Shown: one piece after another, positions 46,614 through 55,187 of the stretch
How positions within the stretch are numbered: the first letter of the stretch is position 1
Layout: every line of letters starts with the position of its first letter
DNA from: an uncultured Gemmatimonadales bacterium
GTDB lineage: Bacteria > Gemmatimonadota > Gemmatimonadetes > Gemmatimonadales > GWC2-71-9
Direction: 5' to 3'
Assembly (NCBI GenBank): GCA_963817435.1
Contig: CAWFNY010000003.1
Span: 133,065 to 197,064, forward strand
Length of the DNA stretch: 64,000 bases
Notes under the pieces: model-generated
The model's database searches: none
What the model was told of the DNA's origin: nothing
Seen by the model: only the letters and a program-made list of their open reading frames with translations
Program-made: the position numbers and the translations under genes

Positions 46614-49270
46614 GCATCGATCGCCTCACCGCCGCCCTCGCCGACCGCTACCGCCTCGAGCGGCAGCTCGGCCAGGGCGGCATGGCGACCGTCTATCTCG
46701 CGCAGGACCTCAAGCACGACCGCCAGGTCGCGATCAAGGTGCTCAAGCCCGAGCTCGCCGCCGTCATCGGCGCCGAGCGCTTCGTGGTCGAGATCAAGAC
46801 CACCGCGGCGCTGCAGCATCCCCACATCCTGCCGCTGTTCGATTCCGGCAGCGCCGACGGGTTTCTCTATTACGTCATGCCGTTCATCGACGGCGAGACG
46901 CTCCGGGCCAAACTCGACCGCGAGACTCAGCTCGGCATCGAGGAGGCCGTCAGGATCACCGTCGCCGTGGCCGACGCGCTGGACTACGCCCATCGCCACG
47001 GGGTGATCCACCGGGACATCAAGCCGGAGAACATTCTGCTGCACGATGGCCGGCCGATGGTGGCCGACTTCGGCATCGCCCTCGCGCTGAGCGCGGCCGC
47101 CGGCGGCCGGATGACCGAGACGGGAATGTCGTTAGGCACGCCCCACTACATGAGTCCCGAGCAGGCAACGGCGGAGAAGGAGATCACCGCCCGGTCCGAC
47201 GTGTACTCGCTCGGCAGCGTGCTCTACGAGATGCTCACCGGCAATCCACCGCATGTGGGCGCCTCGGCCCAGCAGATCATCATGAAGATCGTGACCGAGG
47301 AGGCGGCGCCCGTCACCCGGCTCCGCAAGTCGGTGCCGCCGAATGTGGCGGCGGCGGTCGCCACCTCGCTGGAGAAGCTGCCCGCGGATCGGTTCGCCAC
47401 CGCGGCCGAGTTCGGCGCCGCGCTGATCGACAAGGGGTTCACCACGGCGACGCCGGCTTTGGCCGGTGCGGCCACCGCCATCACCGGCTCGCGTCGGCGG
47501 CTCATGATGGCGGGCTGGGCATTGGCCGCGGTGGCGATCGCGTTCGCGGCATGGGGCTGGTTGCGGCCAGCACCGGCTGCGCCGGTGCTGCGGTATGCCA
47601 TGGCGTTCCCCGACGACCAGAAGCTGGGCAGCATCCGCGGATCCCGGATCGCCCTCTCGCCTGATGGCTCCCGACTCGCCTATGTCGGTGCCGGTGATTT
47701 GCACCTGATGCTGCGCCGTCGCGACCAGCTCCAGGCGACGCCGATTGCGGGGACGGAGAACAGCAGCAACCCTGTCTTCTCCCCCGACGGCCAGCGGGTG
47801 GCCTTCGCCGTCAATCTCGGCAACGACGGGATCCGGGTGGCCGGCCTGGCTGGCGCACCGCCGATCACGATCATCGGTTCGCGGATCGGATCCGATGGCC
47901 TCACCTGGGCCAGCGACGGCAACCTCTACTACGACGGCCTCACCCAGGGTGGTACCGTCGGCCTCATGCGGATCCGCCCCGAAGGCGGGACGCCGACCCA
48001 GGTCACCACGGTCGACACGGCGGCCGGCGAGGGTGACCACTACTGGCCCCAGGCGATCCCCGACGGTCGCGGGGTGCTCTTCACCATCGAGTCGCGTAAT
48101 CTCCGGGAGCCGAGACGGGTGGCCGTCCTCGACTTCGCCACCGGCAAGTATCGCGTCCTGCTCCAGGCGGTGACGGCGCGCTATGCGGCGAGTGGTCACC
48201 TGGTCTACGTCACGGAAAGCGGCGACCTGCTCGCCGTTCCCTTTGATCCCAAGCGGCTGGCCCTCACGGGCGAGCCGTTCGCGATCACCAACCGCGTCGC
48301 CACCCGCGGATTCGGTGCGGTGGACCTCGCGCTCTCCGAGAGCGGAACCCTCATCTACACCATCGGCGGACAGGCCGTCGGCACCTCGGACCTGGCCTAC
48401 GTGACCCGGGAGGGCAAGGTCGAGCCGGTCGATACGGCCTGGACGGCCGATTTCCAGAGTTTCGCGCTCTCGCCCGATGGCCGACGACTCGCCTTCGGCG
48501 CGACCGGTGAGGGCGGACAGAATGTGTGGGTCAGGACCCTCCCGGCGGGGCCGTTGACCAAGCTCTCCTTCGAGGGCTCGCTGAACGGCCGGGCCGTCTG
48601 GACACCCGACGGCCGGACCATCGGCTACATCACCAATCGGAATGGCTCGAGGGAGTTCTGGGCCGGCCCGGCCGATGGCAGCACTCCGGCGGTGCCTCTG
48701 ATCCGGCGGAGCGGGAGGAGCGTCAATGAAGCAGTCTGGTCCCCGGACGGGAAATGGCTGCTGTCCGTGTTCGATGGCGACTCCGGCGTGGTGTACGCCC
48801 GGCGGACGACCGGCGATACCGCCACCCTGGCGCTGGTCGTCGGCCCGAAGCCGGTCAGCAGTATTTCGCTCTCCCCCGATGGCCGGTACCTGGCGTATGG
48901 CTCCAATGAATCGGGCGTGATGGAGAGTTACGTCCGGCCCTTTCCCGCGGTGGAGACCGGCCGCTGGACCGTCTCCATCGCTGGAGGCTGGGAGCCGCAC
49001 TGGAGCCACTCGGGACGCGAACTCCTCTTCTATTCGAGCGCCGGTGGCCTGCAGTCGGTCGAGGTCCTCCCCGGACCGAGCTTCACCACCGGGAGGCGCA
49101 AGCAGATCTACGATGGCACCGCGTACACCGGGGGTGTGAACACCTGGGCCATCACCCCCGATGACCAGCGCTTTCTCGTGATCCGGCCCGGGGCCGCGCA
49201 GGCCGGGTCCCCCAACCTGGTCGTGGTCGAGAACTTCGTGCAGGAACTGCGCGCCCGGCGGGCCCCGTGA
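46610..49270 (+). CDS. receptor Ser/Thr protein kinase K8 (kinase-TM-propeller), head subfamily C
   Basis: The track ORF 46229.. is over-extended. GTG 46610 overlaps the K7 TGA (GTGA) and gives VSIDRLTAALADRYRLERQL. 886 aa. Tail LVVVENFVQELRARR. Confidence 0.9.
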   Translation: MSIDRLTAALADRYRLERQLGQGGMATVYLAQDLKHDRQVAIKVLKPELAAVIGAERFVVEIKTTAALQHPHILPLFDSGSADGFLYYVMPFIDGETLRAKLDRETQLGIEEAVRITVAVADALDYAHRHGVIHRDIKPENILLHDGRPMVADFGIALALSAAAGGRMTETGMSLGTPHYMSPEQATAEKEITARSDVYSLGSVLYEMLTGNPPHVGASAQQIIMKIVTEEAAPVTRLRKSVPPNVAAAVATSLEKLPADRFATAAEFGAALIDKGFTTATPALAGAATAITGSRRRLMMAGWALAAVAIAFAAWGWLRPAPAAPVLRYAMAFPDDQKLGSIRGSRIALSPDGSRLAYVGAGDLHLMLRRRDQLQATPIAGTENSSNPVFSPDGQRVAFAVNLGNDGIRVAGLAGAPPITIIGSRIGSDGLTWASDGNLYYDGLTQGGTVGLMRIRPEGGTPTQVTTVDTAAGEGDHYWPQAIPDGRGVLFTIESRNLREPRRVAVLDFATGKYRVLLQAVTARYAASGHLVYVTESGDLLAVPFDPKRLALTGEPFAITNRVATRGFGAVDLALSESGTLIYTIGGQAVGTSDLAYVTREGKVEPVDTAWTADFQSFALSPDGRRLAFGATGEGGQNVWVRTLPAGPLTKLSFEGSLNGRAVWTPDGRTIGYITNRNGSREFWAGPADGSTPAVPLIRRSGRSVNEAVWSPDGKWLLSVFDGDSGVVYARRTTGDTATLALVVGPKPVSSISLSPDGRYLAYGSNESGVMESYVRPFPAVETGRWTVSIAGGWEPHWSHSGRELLFYSSAGGLQSVEVLPGPSFTTGRRKQIYDGTAYTGGVNTWAITPDDQRFLVIRPGAAQAGSPNLVVVENFVQELRARRAP

Positions 49271-49724
49271 CCATCGACCGGCTCAAGGATGCCCTCGCCG
49301 CCGTCATCGGCACTGACCGGTTCCTCTCCGAGATCAAGACCACCGCGATTCTCCAGCACCCGCATAGTCTGCCGCTGGTTGCTGGCAGGCGGACAGGCGG
49401 ACAGACGGACAGACGACTTCCTGTTCTACGTCATGCCGCCCATCGAGGGAGAATCGCTCCGCGACAAGCTGAAGCGCGAGCAGCAGCTCAGCATCGCCGA
49501 GGCGCTGGCCACCGTACACGGCGTTCATCGTGCGACGGGGAACGGGCGGGCCGTTCCCGGAACGGGCACAGTGGAGTCACGATGCCCGGACGATTTACTT
49601 CAAGGCGCACGACGCCGAGCAGCGGTCCGCCCGCCCCTTCTCTGCCACGGATGCCAAGCGCTCTTATTTCCCGATCGAGGATCGGGAGAGCGATATCTTC
49701 GTGGCCGAGGACACGACTCGGTGA
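49267..49724 (+). pseudogene. decayed kinase-propeller paralogue (relic spread over three frames)
   Basis: GTG 49267 keeps the GTGA overlap with the K8 stop. It reads VTIDRLKDALA|AVIGTDRFLSEIKTTAILQHPHSLPL, with 39 codons missing (G-loop and VAIK Lys). It then shifts frame to DFLFYVMPPIEGESLRDKLKREQQLSIAEAL..HGVHR. A third frame (49530-49724) reads WSHDARTIYFKAHD...KRSYFPIEDRESDIFVAE, resembling a propeller C-terminus. Confidence 0.7.
49387..49417 (+). repeat. imperfect 8-bp tandem repeat (AGGCGGAC x2, AGACGGAC, AGACGAC) inside the relic
   Basis: In the relic the segment between CCGCTG and TTCCTGTTCTAC is 40 nt. In intact paralogues such as K9 it is 24 nt. The 16-nt excess equals two 8-mer units and accounts for the +1 frame change. 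Confidence 0.7.
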
Positions 49725-49746
49725 GCCGCCAGCCATCGACCATCGC

Positions 49747-49753
49747 AAGGAGG
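49747..49753 (+). promoter_or_regulatory. Shine-Dalgarno AAGGAGG, 6 nt before ATG 49760
   Basis: The strongest SD-like element I saw in the kinase array. Confidence 0.5.
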
Positions 49754-49759
49754 CCATCC

Positions 49760-49996
49760 ATGGGCTACCGTCGCTTCACCGATCCGGAGGGTCACGAGTG
49801 GGAGGTGCGCGATCTCACCCGCTCGGCGTGGGAGCTCGTGCCCGTGCGGGACAATCCGGGCAAGGTGATCCGCATCGACCCGCCGGGGTACGAGGCGGAC
49901 CCGTTTGAATTGAGCGAGGAAGAGTTGCAGCGGCTGCTGGGCAAGCCGGCCGGACCAGGACGCGCGCGACCGTCCAAGTCGCCCTTCAAGGATTGA
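49760..49996 (+). CDS. small hypothetical protein (78 aa)
   Basis: MGYRRFTDPEGHEWEVRDLTRSAWELVPV...ELSEEELQRLLGKP.... A strong SD precedes it, third-position GC is high, and its TGA overlaps the TTG start proposed for K9. No recognisable family. Confidence 0.45.
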   Translation: MGYRRFTDPEGHEWEVRDLTRSAWELVPVRDNPGKVIRIDPPGYEADPFELSEEELQRLLGKPAGPGRARPSKSPFKD

Positions 49997-52647
49997 CCTC
50001 TCTGACCACGATACCCGGGAAACTTGCCGCCGCCCTCGCCGACCGCTATCGCCTCGAGCGTGAGTTAGGCGCCGGCGGCATGGCCACCGTCTACCTCGCC
50101 CAGGACCTGAAACACGACCGCCAGGTCGCGATCAAGGTGCTGCGTCCCGAGCTGGCCGCGGTGATCGGGGCCGAGCGGTTCCTCTCCGAGATCAAGACCA
50201 CGGCCAACCTGCAGCACCCGCACATCCTGCCGCTGTTCGACTCGGGCGCGGCCGACGGGTTCCTGTTCTACGTGATGCCCTTCATCGAGGGGGAGAGTCT
50301 TCGCGACCGGCTGAACCGGGAAAAGCAGCTCCCCATCGCCGACGCCGTGCGGATCGCCACCGAAGTGGCGGCCGCGCTCGACTACGCCCACCGGCACAAC
50401 ATCATCCACCGGGACATCAAGCCGGAGAACATCCTGCTGCACGACGGGCGTGCGCTGGTCGCCGACTTCGGCATCGCGCTGGCCGCCAGCAAGGCCGGTG
50501 GTACCCGGATGACCGAGACCGGGATGTCGTTAGGCACGCCGACGTACATGAGTCCCGAGCAGGCGATGGGGGAGCGGGAGATCACGGCGCGTTCCGATGT
50601 CTACGCCCTCGGCGCCATGACCTACGAGATGCTGGTGGGGGACCCGCCGTTCCTCGGCGGCACCGCGCAGGCGATCGTCGCCAAGGTGATGACCGAGAAG
50701 CCCGCGCCGCCGTCGAAATTTCGCGACACCGTGCCTGAGGCGGTCGAGGAGGCGGTGCTCACCGCGCTGGAAAAGCTGCCGGCCGACCGGTGGGGGAGCG
50801 CGCGGGAGTTCGCCGAGGCGCTGGGGGGTGCGGTGGGCCGGACGCGGAGCGGGACGCGTCGCGGCACCCCCGCCGTCCCGGCCACCGGTCGGCTGGCACG
50901 GATGGCGCCCTGGGTGCTCGCGCTGCTCGGTGGCGCTGCCGCGCTCTTCGCCTGGACGCGGCGACCGGCGGCGGACCCGCGGGTGGTGCGGTTCACCATC
51001 CCCGCCGTGGCCAACGACCGCATCAGCTCGCTCGGCTACAACCCCCTCACGGTTTCGCCCGACGGGCAGACGCTGGTCTACGTGGGCGCCGGCCCGGGCG
51101 GGCGCCTGCAGCTGGTGGCGCGCCGCCTCGACGAGGTGACCCCGCGGCCCCTGCCCGGTACCGAGGACGGCACCAATCCGTTCTTTTCGCCTGACGGAAG
51201 GTGGGTGGGCTTCATCCGCAGCAACCAGCTGTTCAAGATCGCGCTGGACGGCAGCGTGCCCCAGCTGGTCGCGCCGGCACCGGGCACATTCAACGGCGCC
51301 AACTGGGCACTCGACGGCCGGATCATCGTGTCGGGCAACCGGGCACTGTATTCCATCCCGCAGAATGGCGGAACCGCCAGCCTGCTGCCGGGGCCGGAGC
51401 GGATTCTGGGGGAGCAGTATCGAACGGCTCCGCTCCCGCTCGCGGATGGACGCCACCTGGTGTACTCCAGCTGGGGCGCGGCCTCCACCGCCGACGTGCG
51501 CATGGCGATCCTCACCCTCGCGACCGGCGAGACGAAACGACTCGACCTCCAGGGCATGCACGCGCTCGGTGTGGTGGACGGTGCGCTGGTGTATGCCACC
51601 GCCAGCGGGTTGCTGATGGCAGTCCGGGTGGATTTCGAGACGGGGAAGGTCCTCGGCACGCCGGTGCAGCTCATCGACAACGTCACGAGCAACAGCAGCA
51701 CCGGGCTGGCGCGCGCGGCGGTATCGCCGATGGGCACCCTCGTCTACCAGGGTGGGTCGACGCTGTCGCGGGTGGTGATCGCCGGCCCGGATGGCATTAC
51801 GCGGCTGGGGCTCGAGGACTCCCGCGACTACACCTTCCCTCGGCTCTCGCCCGACGGGCGGCGCCTGGCGATCGGGATTGGGGCCGCGGGCTCGCGCGAC
51901 GTCTGGGTCTATTCGCTCGGGGCGCGGACCCTCACGCGGCTCACCAGCGGCACCCTCAACGAGCGCCCGGAGTGGAGTCCCGACGGGACGCGGGTGCTGT
52001 ACCGCACCGACCAGTCCGGACGTGCGGCCATCTGGTGGCGGCCGGTGGACCTCAGCGCCGAGGCGACGCCGATCGTCGCGGGGCCGAATCTCGATGTCTT
52101 CGAGGCGATGCTCACCCCTGACGCGCAGCGGGCGGTCTTCCAGCTCGACACCGCCGGGGCGGACATCTATTACCGCGGTCTCACCGGGGACACCACGCTG
52201 CATCCGGTGGCCAGCAACGCCACCGCCATCGAGAACATGCCGCGGGTCTCGCCGGATGGACGGTGGATCGCGTTCGTAACCAACGAATCGGGGCGGGACG
52301 AGGTGGTAGTGCAGCCCTTCCCAGGCCCGGGCGGGCGGGTGCAGGTGTCGAGCGACGGCGGCACCGAGCCGCTCTGGTCACGGGACGGGAGGCGGCTCTT
52401 CTACCGGGGGAGCGGGCATATCATGGCGGCGACCGTCGCGACCGGGCCCGGTTTCGCGATTGCGGCGCGGGACAGCGTGCTGGTGGACCGGTTCCTCTAT
52501 GCCGCGAACCCGCACCCCAACTGGGACGTGATGCCGGACGGGAAACACTTCGTCTTCCTGCAGGCCACCGACGCGGGCGAGCTGACCATCACCGCCAACT
52601 GGCTTCCCGTCCTGCGGGCCCGCCTGGCGGGAGCGGCTCCGCGGTGA
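49993..52647 (+). CDS. receptor Ser/Thr protein kinase K9 (kinase-TM-propeller), head subfamily D
   Basis: 884 aa; TTG start per the track, no upstream in-frame ATG. LGAGGMATVY, VAIKVL, HRDIKPEN, DFG, YMSPEQ. Tail LTITANWLPVLRARL. Confidence 0.85.
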   Translation: MTSLTTIPGKLAAALADRYRLERELGAGGMATVYLAQDLKHDRQVAIKVLRPELAAVIGAERFLSEIKTTANLQHPHILPLFDSGAADGFLFYVMPFIEGESLRDRLNREKQLPIADAVRIATEVAAALDYAHRHNIIHRDIKPENILLHDGRALVADFGIALAASKAGGTRMTETGMSLGTPTYMSPEQAMGEREITARSDVYALGAMTYEMLVGDPPFLGGTAQAIVAKVMTEKPAPPSKFRDTVPEAVEEAVLTALEKLPADRWGSAREFAEALGGAVGRTRSGTRRGTPAVPATGRLARMAPWVLALLGGAAALFAWTRRPAADPRVVRFTIPAVANDRISSLGYNPLTVSPDGQTLVYVGAGPGGRLQLVARRLDEVTPRPLPGTEDGTNPFFSPDGRWVGFIRSNQLFKIALDGSVPQLVAPAPGTFNGANWALDGRIIVSGNRALYSIPQNGGTASLLPGPERILGEQYRTAPLPLADGRHLVYSSWGAASTADVRMAILTLATGETKRLDLQGMHALGVVDGALVYATASGLLMAVRVDFETGKVLGTPVQLIDNVTSNSSTGLARAAVSPMGTLVYQGGSTLSRVVIAGPDGITRLGLEDSRDYTFPRLSPDGRRLAIGIGAAGSRDVWVYSLGARTLTRLTSGTLNERPEWSPDGTRVLYRTDQSGRAAIWWRPVDLSAEATPIVAGPNLDVFEAMLTPDAQRAVFQLDTAGADIYYRGLTGDTTLHPVASNATAIENMPRVSPDGRWIAFVTNESGRDEVVVQPFPGPGGRVQVSSDGGTEPLWSRDGRRLFYRGSGHIMAATVATGPGFAIAARDSVLVDRFLYAANPHPNWDVMPDGKHFVFLQATDAGELTITANWLPVLRARLAGAAPR

Positions 52648-55187
52648 GCCCCGACCGCCTCGCCGCCGCCCTCGCCGACCGCTATCTGCTCGAGCGGGAA
52701 CTCGGCCAGGGCGGCATGGCCACCGTCTACCTCGCCCAGGACCTGAAGCACGACCGCAAGGTCGCGATCAAGGTGCTGCGGCCGGAGCTGGCGGCGGTGA
52801 TCGGCGCCGAGCGGTTTCTCTCCGAGATCAAGACCACCGCCAACCTGCAGCATCCCCACATCCTGCCGCTGTTCGACTCCGGCGTGGCCGACGGGTTCCT
52901 GTTCTACGTCATGCCCTTCATCGAGGGGGAGTCGCTGCGCGACCGGCTCAACCGGGAGAGGCAGCTCCCCATCGCCGACGCGGTGCGCATCGCCACCGAG
53001 GTGGCGTCCGCGCTCGATTACGCGCATCGGCACAACGTCATCCACCGCGACATCAAGCCGGAGAACATCCTGCTGCACGACGGCCGCGCCCTGGTGGCCG
53101 ACTTCGGCATCGCCCTCGCCGCGAGCAAGGCGGGCGGCAGCCGGATGACCGAGACCGGCATGTCGTTAGGCACGCCGACGTACATGAGTCCCGAGCAGGC
53201 GATGGGGGAGCGGGAGATCACGGCGCGTTCCGATGTGTATGCCCTCGGCTGCGTGACCTACGAGATGCTGATCGGCGAGCCTCCGTTCACCGGACCGTCA
53301 GCCCAGGCCATCATCGCCAAGGTCATGACCAGAGAGCCGGCCTCGCCCACCAGCCAGCGCAGGAGCGTGCCGCAGGCAGTCGAGGATGCGGTGCTGACGG
53401 CGCTGGAGAAGCTGCCGGCCGATCGCTGGGGCAGCGCCGCGGAGTTCGCCTCGGCGCTGGCCGGACAGGCGACCGGCACGCAGCGGAGCCGGGGCAGTCG
53501 TGCGCCCGGTCTTCCTGGCGGGCGTCCGGGCGTGCGCGCGAGTGCCGCGGGCGCCCTGCTGCTCGTCCTCGGGCTCGCGGCGGGCCGATGGCTGACGGGG
53601 CGCGAGAGCAGCCCGGCGATCGCCTACACCCAGAAGACCTTTCGCGAAGAGTCGATCTTCACCGCCCGGTACGCATCGGATGGACGGACCATCGTGTTCA
53701 GTTCGACCGGTGAGAGCGGCAGCCCCGCGCTCTTCGTCATCCGTCCCGACTTTCCGCCGCCGACCGATCTCGGTCTCGTCAACACCCACCTGCTGTCGGT
53801 GTCATCGAAGGACGAGGCCGCGGTGCTGGTACGCCCGAAGTTCGTCCGTCACCGGCTGTTCGAGGGGACCCTGGCGCGGGTCCCGGTCGGCGGGGGCGCC
53901 CCGCGGGAAATCCTTGACAGCGTACGAGAGGCCGACTGGTCGCCGGACGGTAACCAGCTTGCCATCGTCCACACCGTGGGCGGACGGGATCACCTCGAGT
54001 TTCCCATCGGCACCACACTCTACGAGGCATCCGGCTACCTCAGCGACCCGCGGGTCTCGCCCGACGGAAAGCACGTCGCCTTTGCGGAACATCCCTCGCG
54101 CTATGATGACCGGGGCACGATCAAGATCGTGGACCTGGGCGGAAAGCAGATTGCCGTCACACCCGACTTCATCTCCATCGAGGGGCTGGCCTGGCGGCCC
54201 GGAGGCCGGGAGGCCCTGTTCTCGGCGACCAACCCGAACAATGCGATGGTCGTGAACGCCATCAGCACCGGTGGCCGGTTTCGTGTCGTCCTCTCGGGCG
54301 CGGGAAACCTCACGACGCAGGATGTATCACCCACCGGCCAGCTCCTCCTGACGCGGGATGACGCACCGTACCGGCTGATGCTCCGCGGCCCGGGCGCGGC
54401 GCGCGAGCTCGACGTCTCATGGCTCGATGTCTCGTTCCAGCCGTGGATCACGCGCGATGGATCGCTGCTGGCCTACGCCAATGGCGGGGCCGACGCGGGT
54501 CCGAACTACGCCGTCATGCTGCAGCATACCGATGGCGGCCGGGTGGCCCGCCTGGGTGAGGGGGCCCCGGCCGCGTTCTCTCCCGACGGGAAGTGGCTGT
54601 TAACCATCGTACCGTCGGCGCCGCCGCGCGTCGTGCTGTATCCCACGGGGCCGGGAGCGGAGCGCCATGTCGATGTCGGACGATTCGAATCCATCGGGGA
54701 GGCGGACTGGTTCCCCGGCGGGGACTCCATCCTGGTATGCGGCAACCCCGCGGGGGAGGCCTCCCGGTGTTACGTCCAAACGCTGGCGGGAGGCGCAGCG
54801 CGAGCGGTGACGCCCGCGGGGACTGCCGCGGGACTGGTCTCCCGTGACGGCCGGGAAGTCCTGGCGTTCGGCCAGACGCTCGGCTACCGCCGCTACCAGG
54901 TCTCCGGTGGGAGCGCGCGGCCCATCCCCTGGCTCGCGCCCGACGACCGGATCATCCGCTGGAATCCCGACGGCCGCTCGCTGGATGTCGAGCGCATGAA
55001 CTCCCATACCGTGGACAAGGTGGACCTGGCGACCGGACGCCGGACCCCGATCGTGACCCTCGAACTCGCGCACGGAGGCGGCTTCACCAACATCACCTAC
55101 ATCGCGATCGCCGACGATCCCCGGGTCTACGCCTACGTGGCGGCACCGTATCTCTCCTCGCTCTTTACCGTGGACGGCGTGCGATGA
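52644..55187 (+). CDS. receptor Ser/Thr protein kinase K10 (kinase-TM-distinct propeller class), head subfamily D
   Basis: The track ORF 52263.. is over-extended. GTG 52644 overlaps the K9 TGA and gives VSPDRLAAALADRYLLEREL. 847 aa. The ectodomain begins AIAYTQKTFREESIFTARYASDGRTIVFSS and ends YLSSLFTVDGVR, with no NWF tail. Confidence 0.85.
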   Translation: MSPDRLAAALADRYLLERELGQGGMATVYLAQDLKHDRKVAIKVLRPELAAVIGAERFLSEIKTTANLQHPHILPLFDSGVADGFLFYVMPFIEGESLRDRLNRERQLPIADAVRIATEVASALDYAHRHNVIHRDIKPENILLHDGRALVADFGIALAASKAGGSRMTETGMSLGTPTYMSPEQAMGEREITARSDVYALGCVTYEMLIGEPPFTGPSAQAIIAKVMTREPASPTSQRRSVPQAVEDAVLTALEKLPADRWGSAAEFASALAGQATGTQRSRGSRAPGLPGGRPGVRASAAGALLLVLGLAAGRWLTGRESSPAIAYTQKTFREESIFTARYASDGRTIVFSSTGESGSPALFVIRPDFPPPTDLGLVNTHLLSVSSKDEAAVLVRPKFVRHRLFEGTLARVPVGGGAPREILDSVREADWSPDGNQLAIVHTVGGRDHLEFPIGTTLYEASGYLSDPRVSPDGKHVAFAEHPSRYDDRGTIKIVDLGGKQIAVTPDFISIEGLAWRPGGREALFSATNPNNAMVVNAISTGGRFRVVLSGAGNLTTQDVSPTGQLLLTRDDAPYRLMLRGPGAARELDVSWLDVSFQPWITRDGSLLAYANGGADAGPNYAVMLQHTDGGRVARLGEGAPAAFSPDGKWLLTIVPSAPPRVVLYPTGPGAERHVDVGRFESIGEADWFPGGDSILVCGNPAGEASRCYVQTLAGGAARAVTPAGTAAGLVSRDGREVLAFGQTLGYRRYQVSGGSARPIPWLAPDDRIIRWNPDGRSLDVERMNSHTVDKVDLATGRRTPIVTLELAHGGGFTNITYIAIADDPRVYAYVAAPYLSSLFTVDGVR

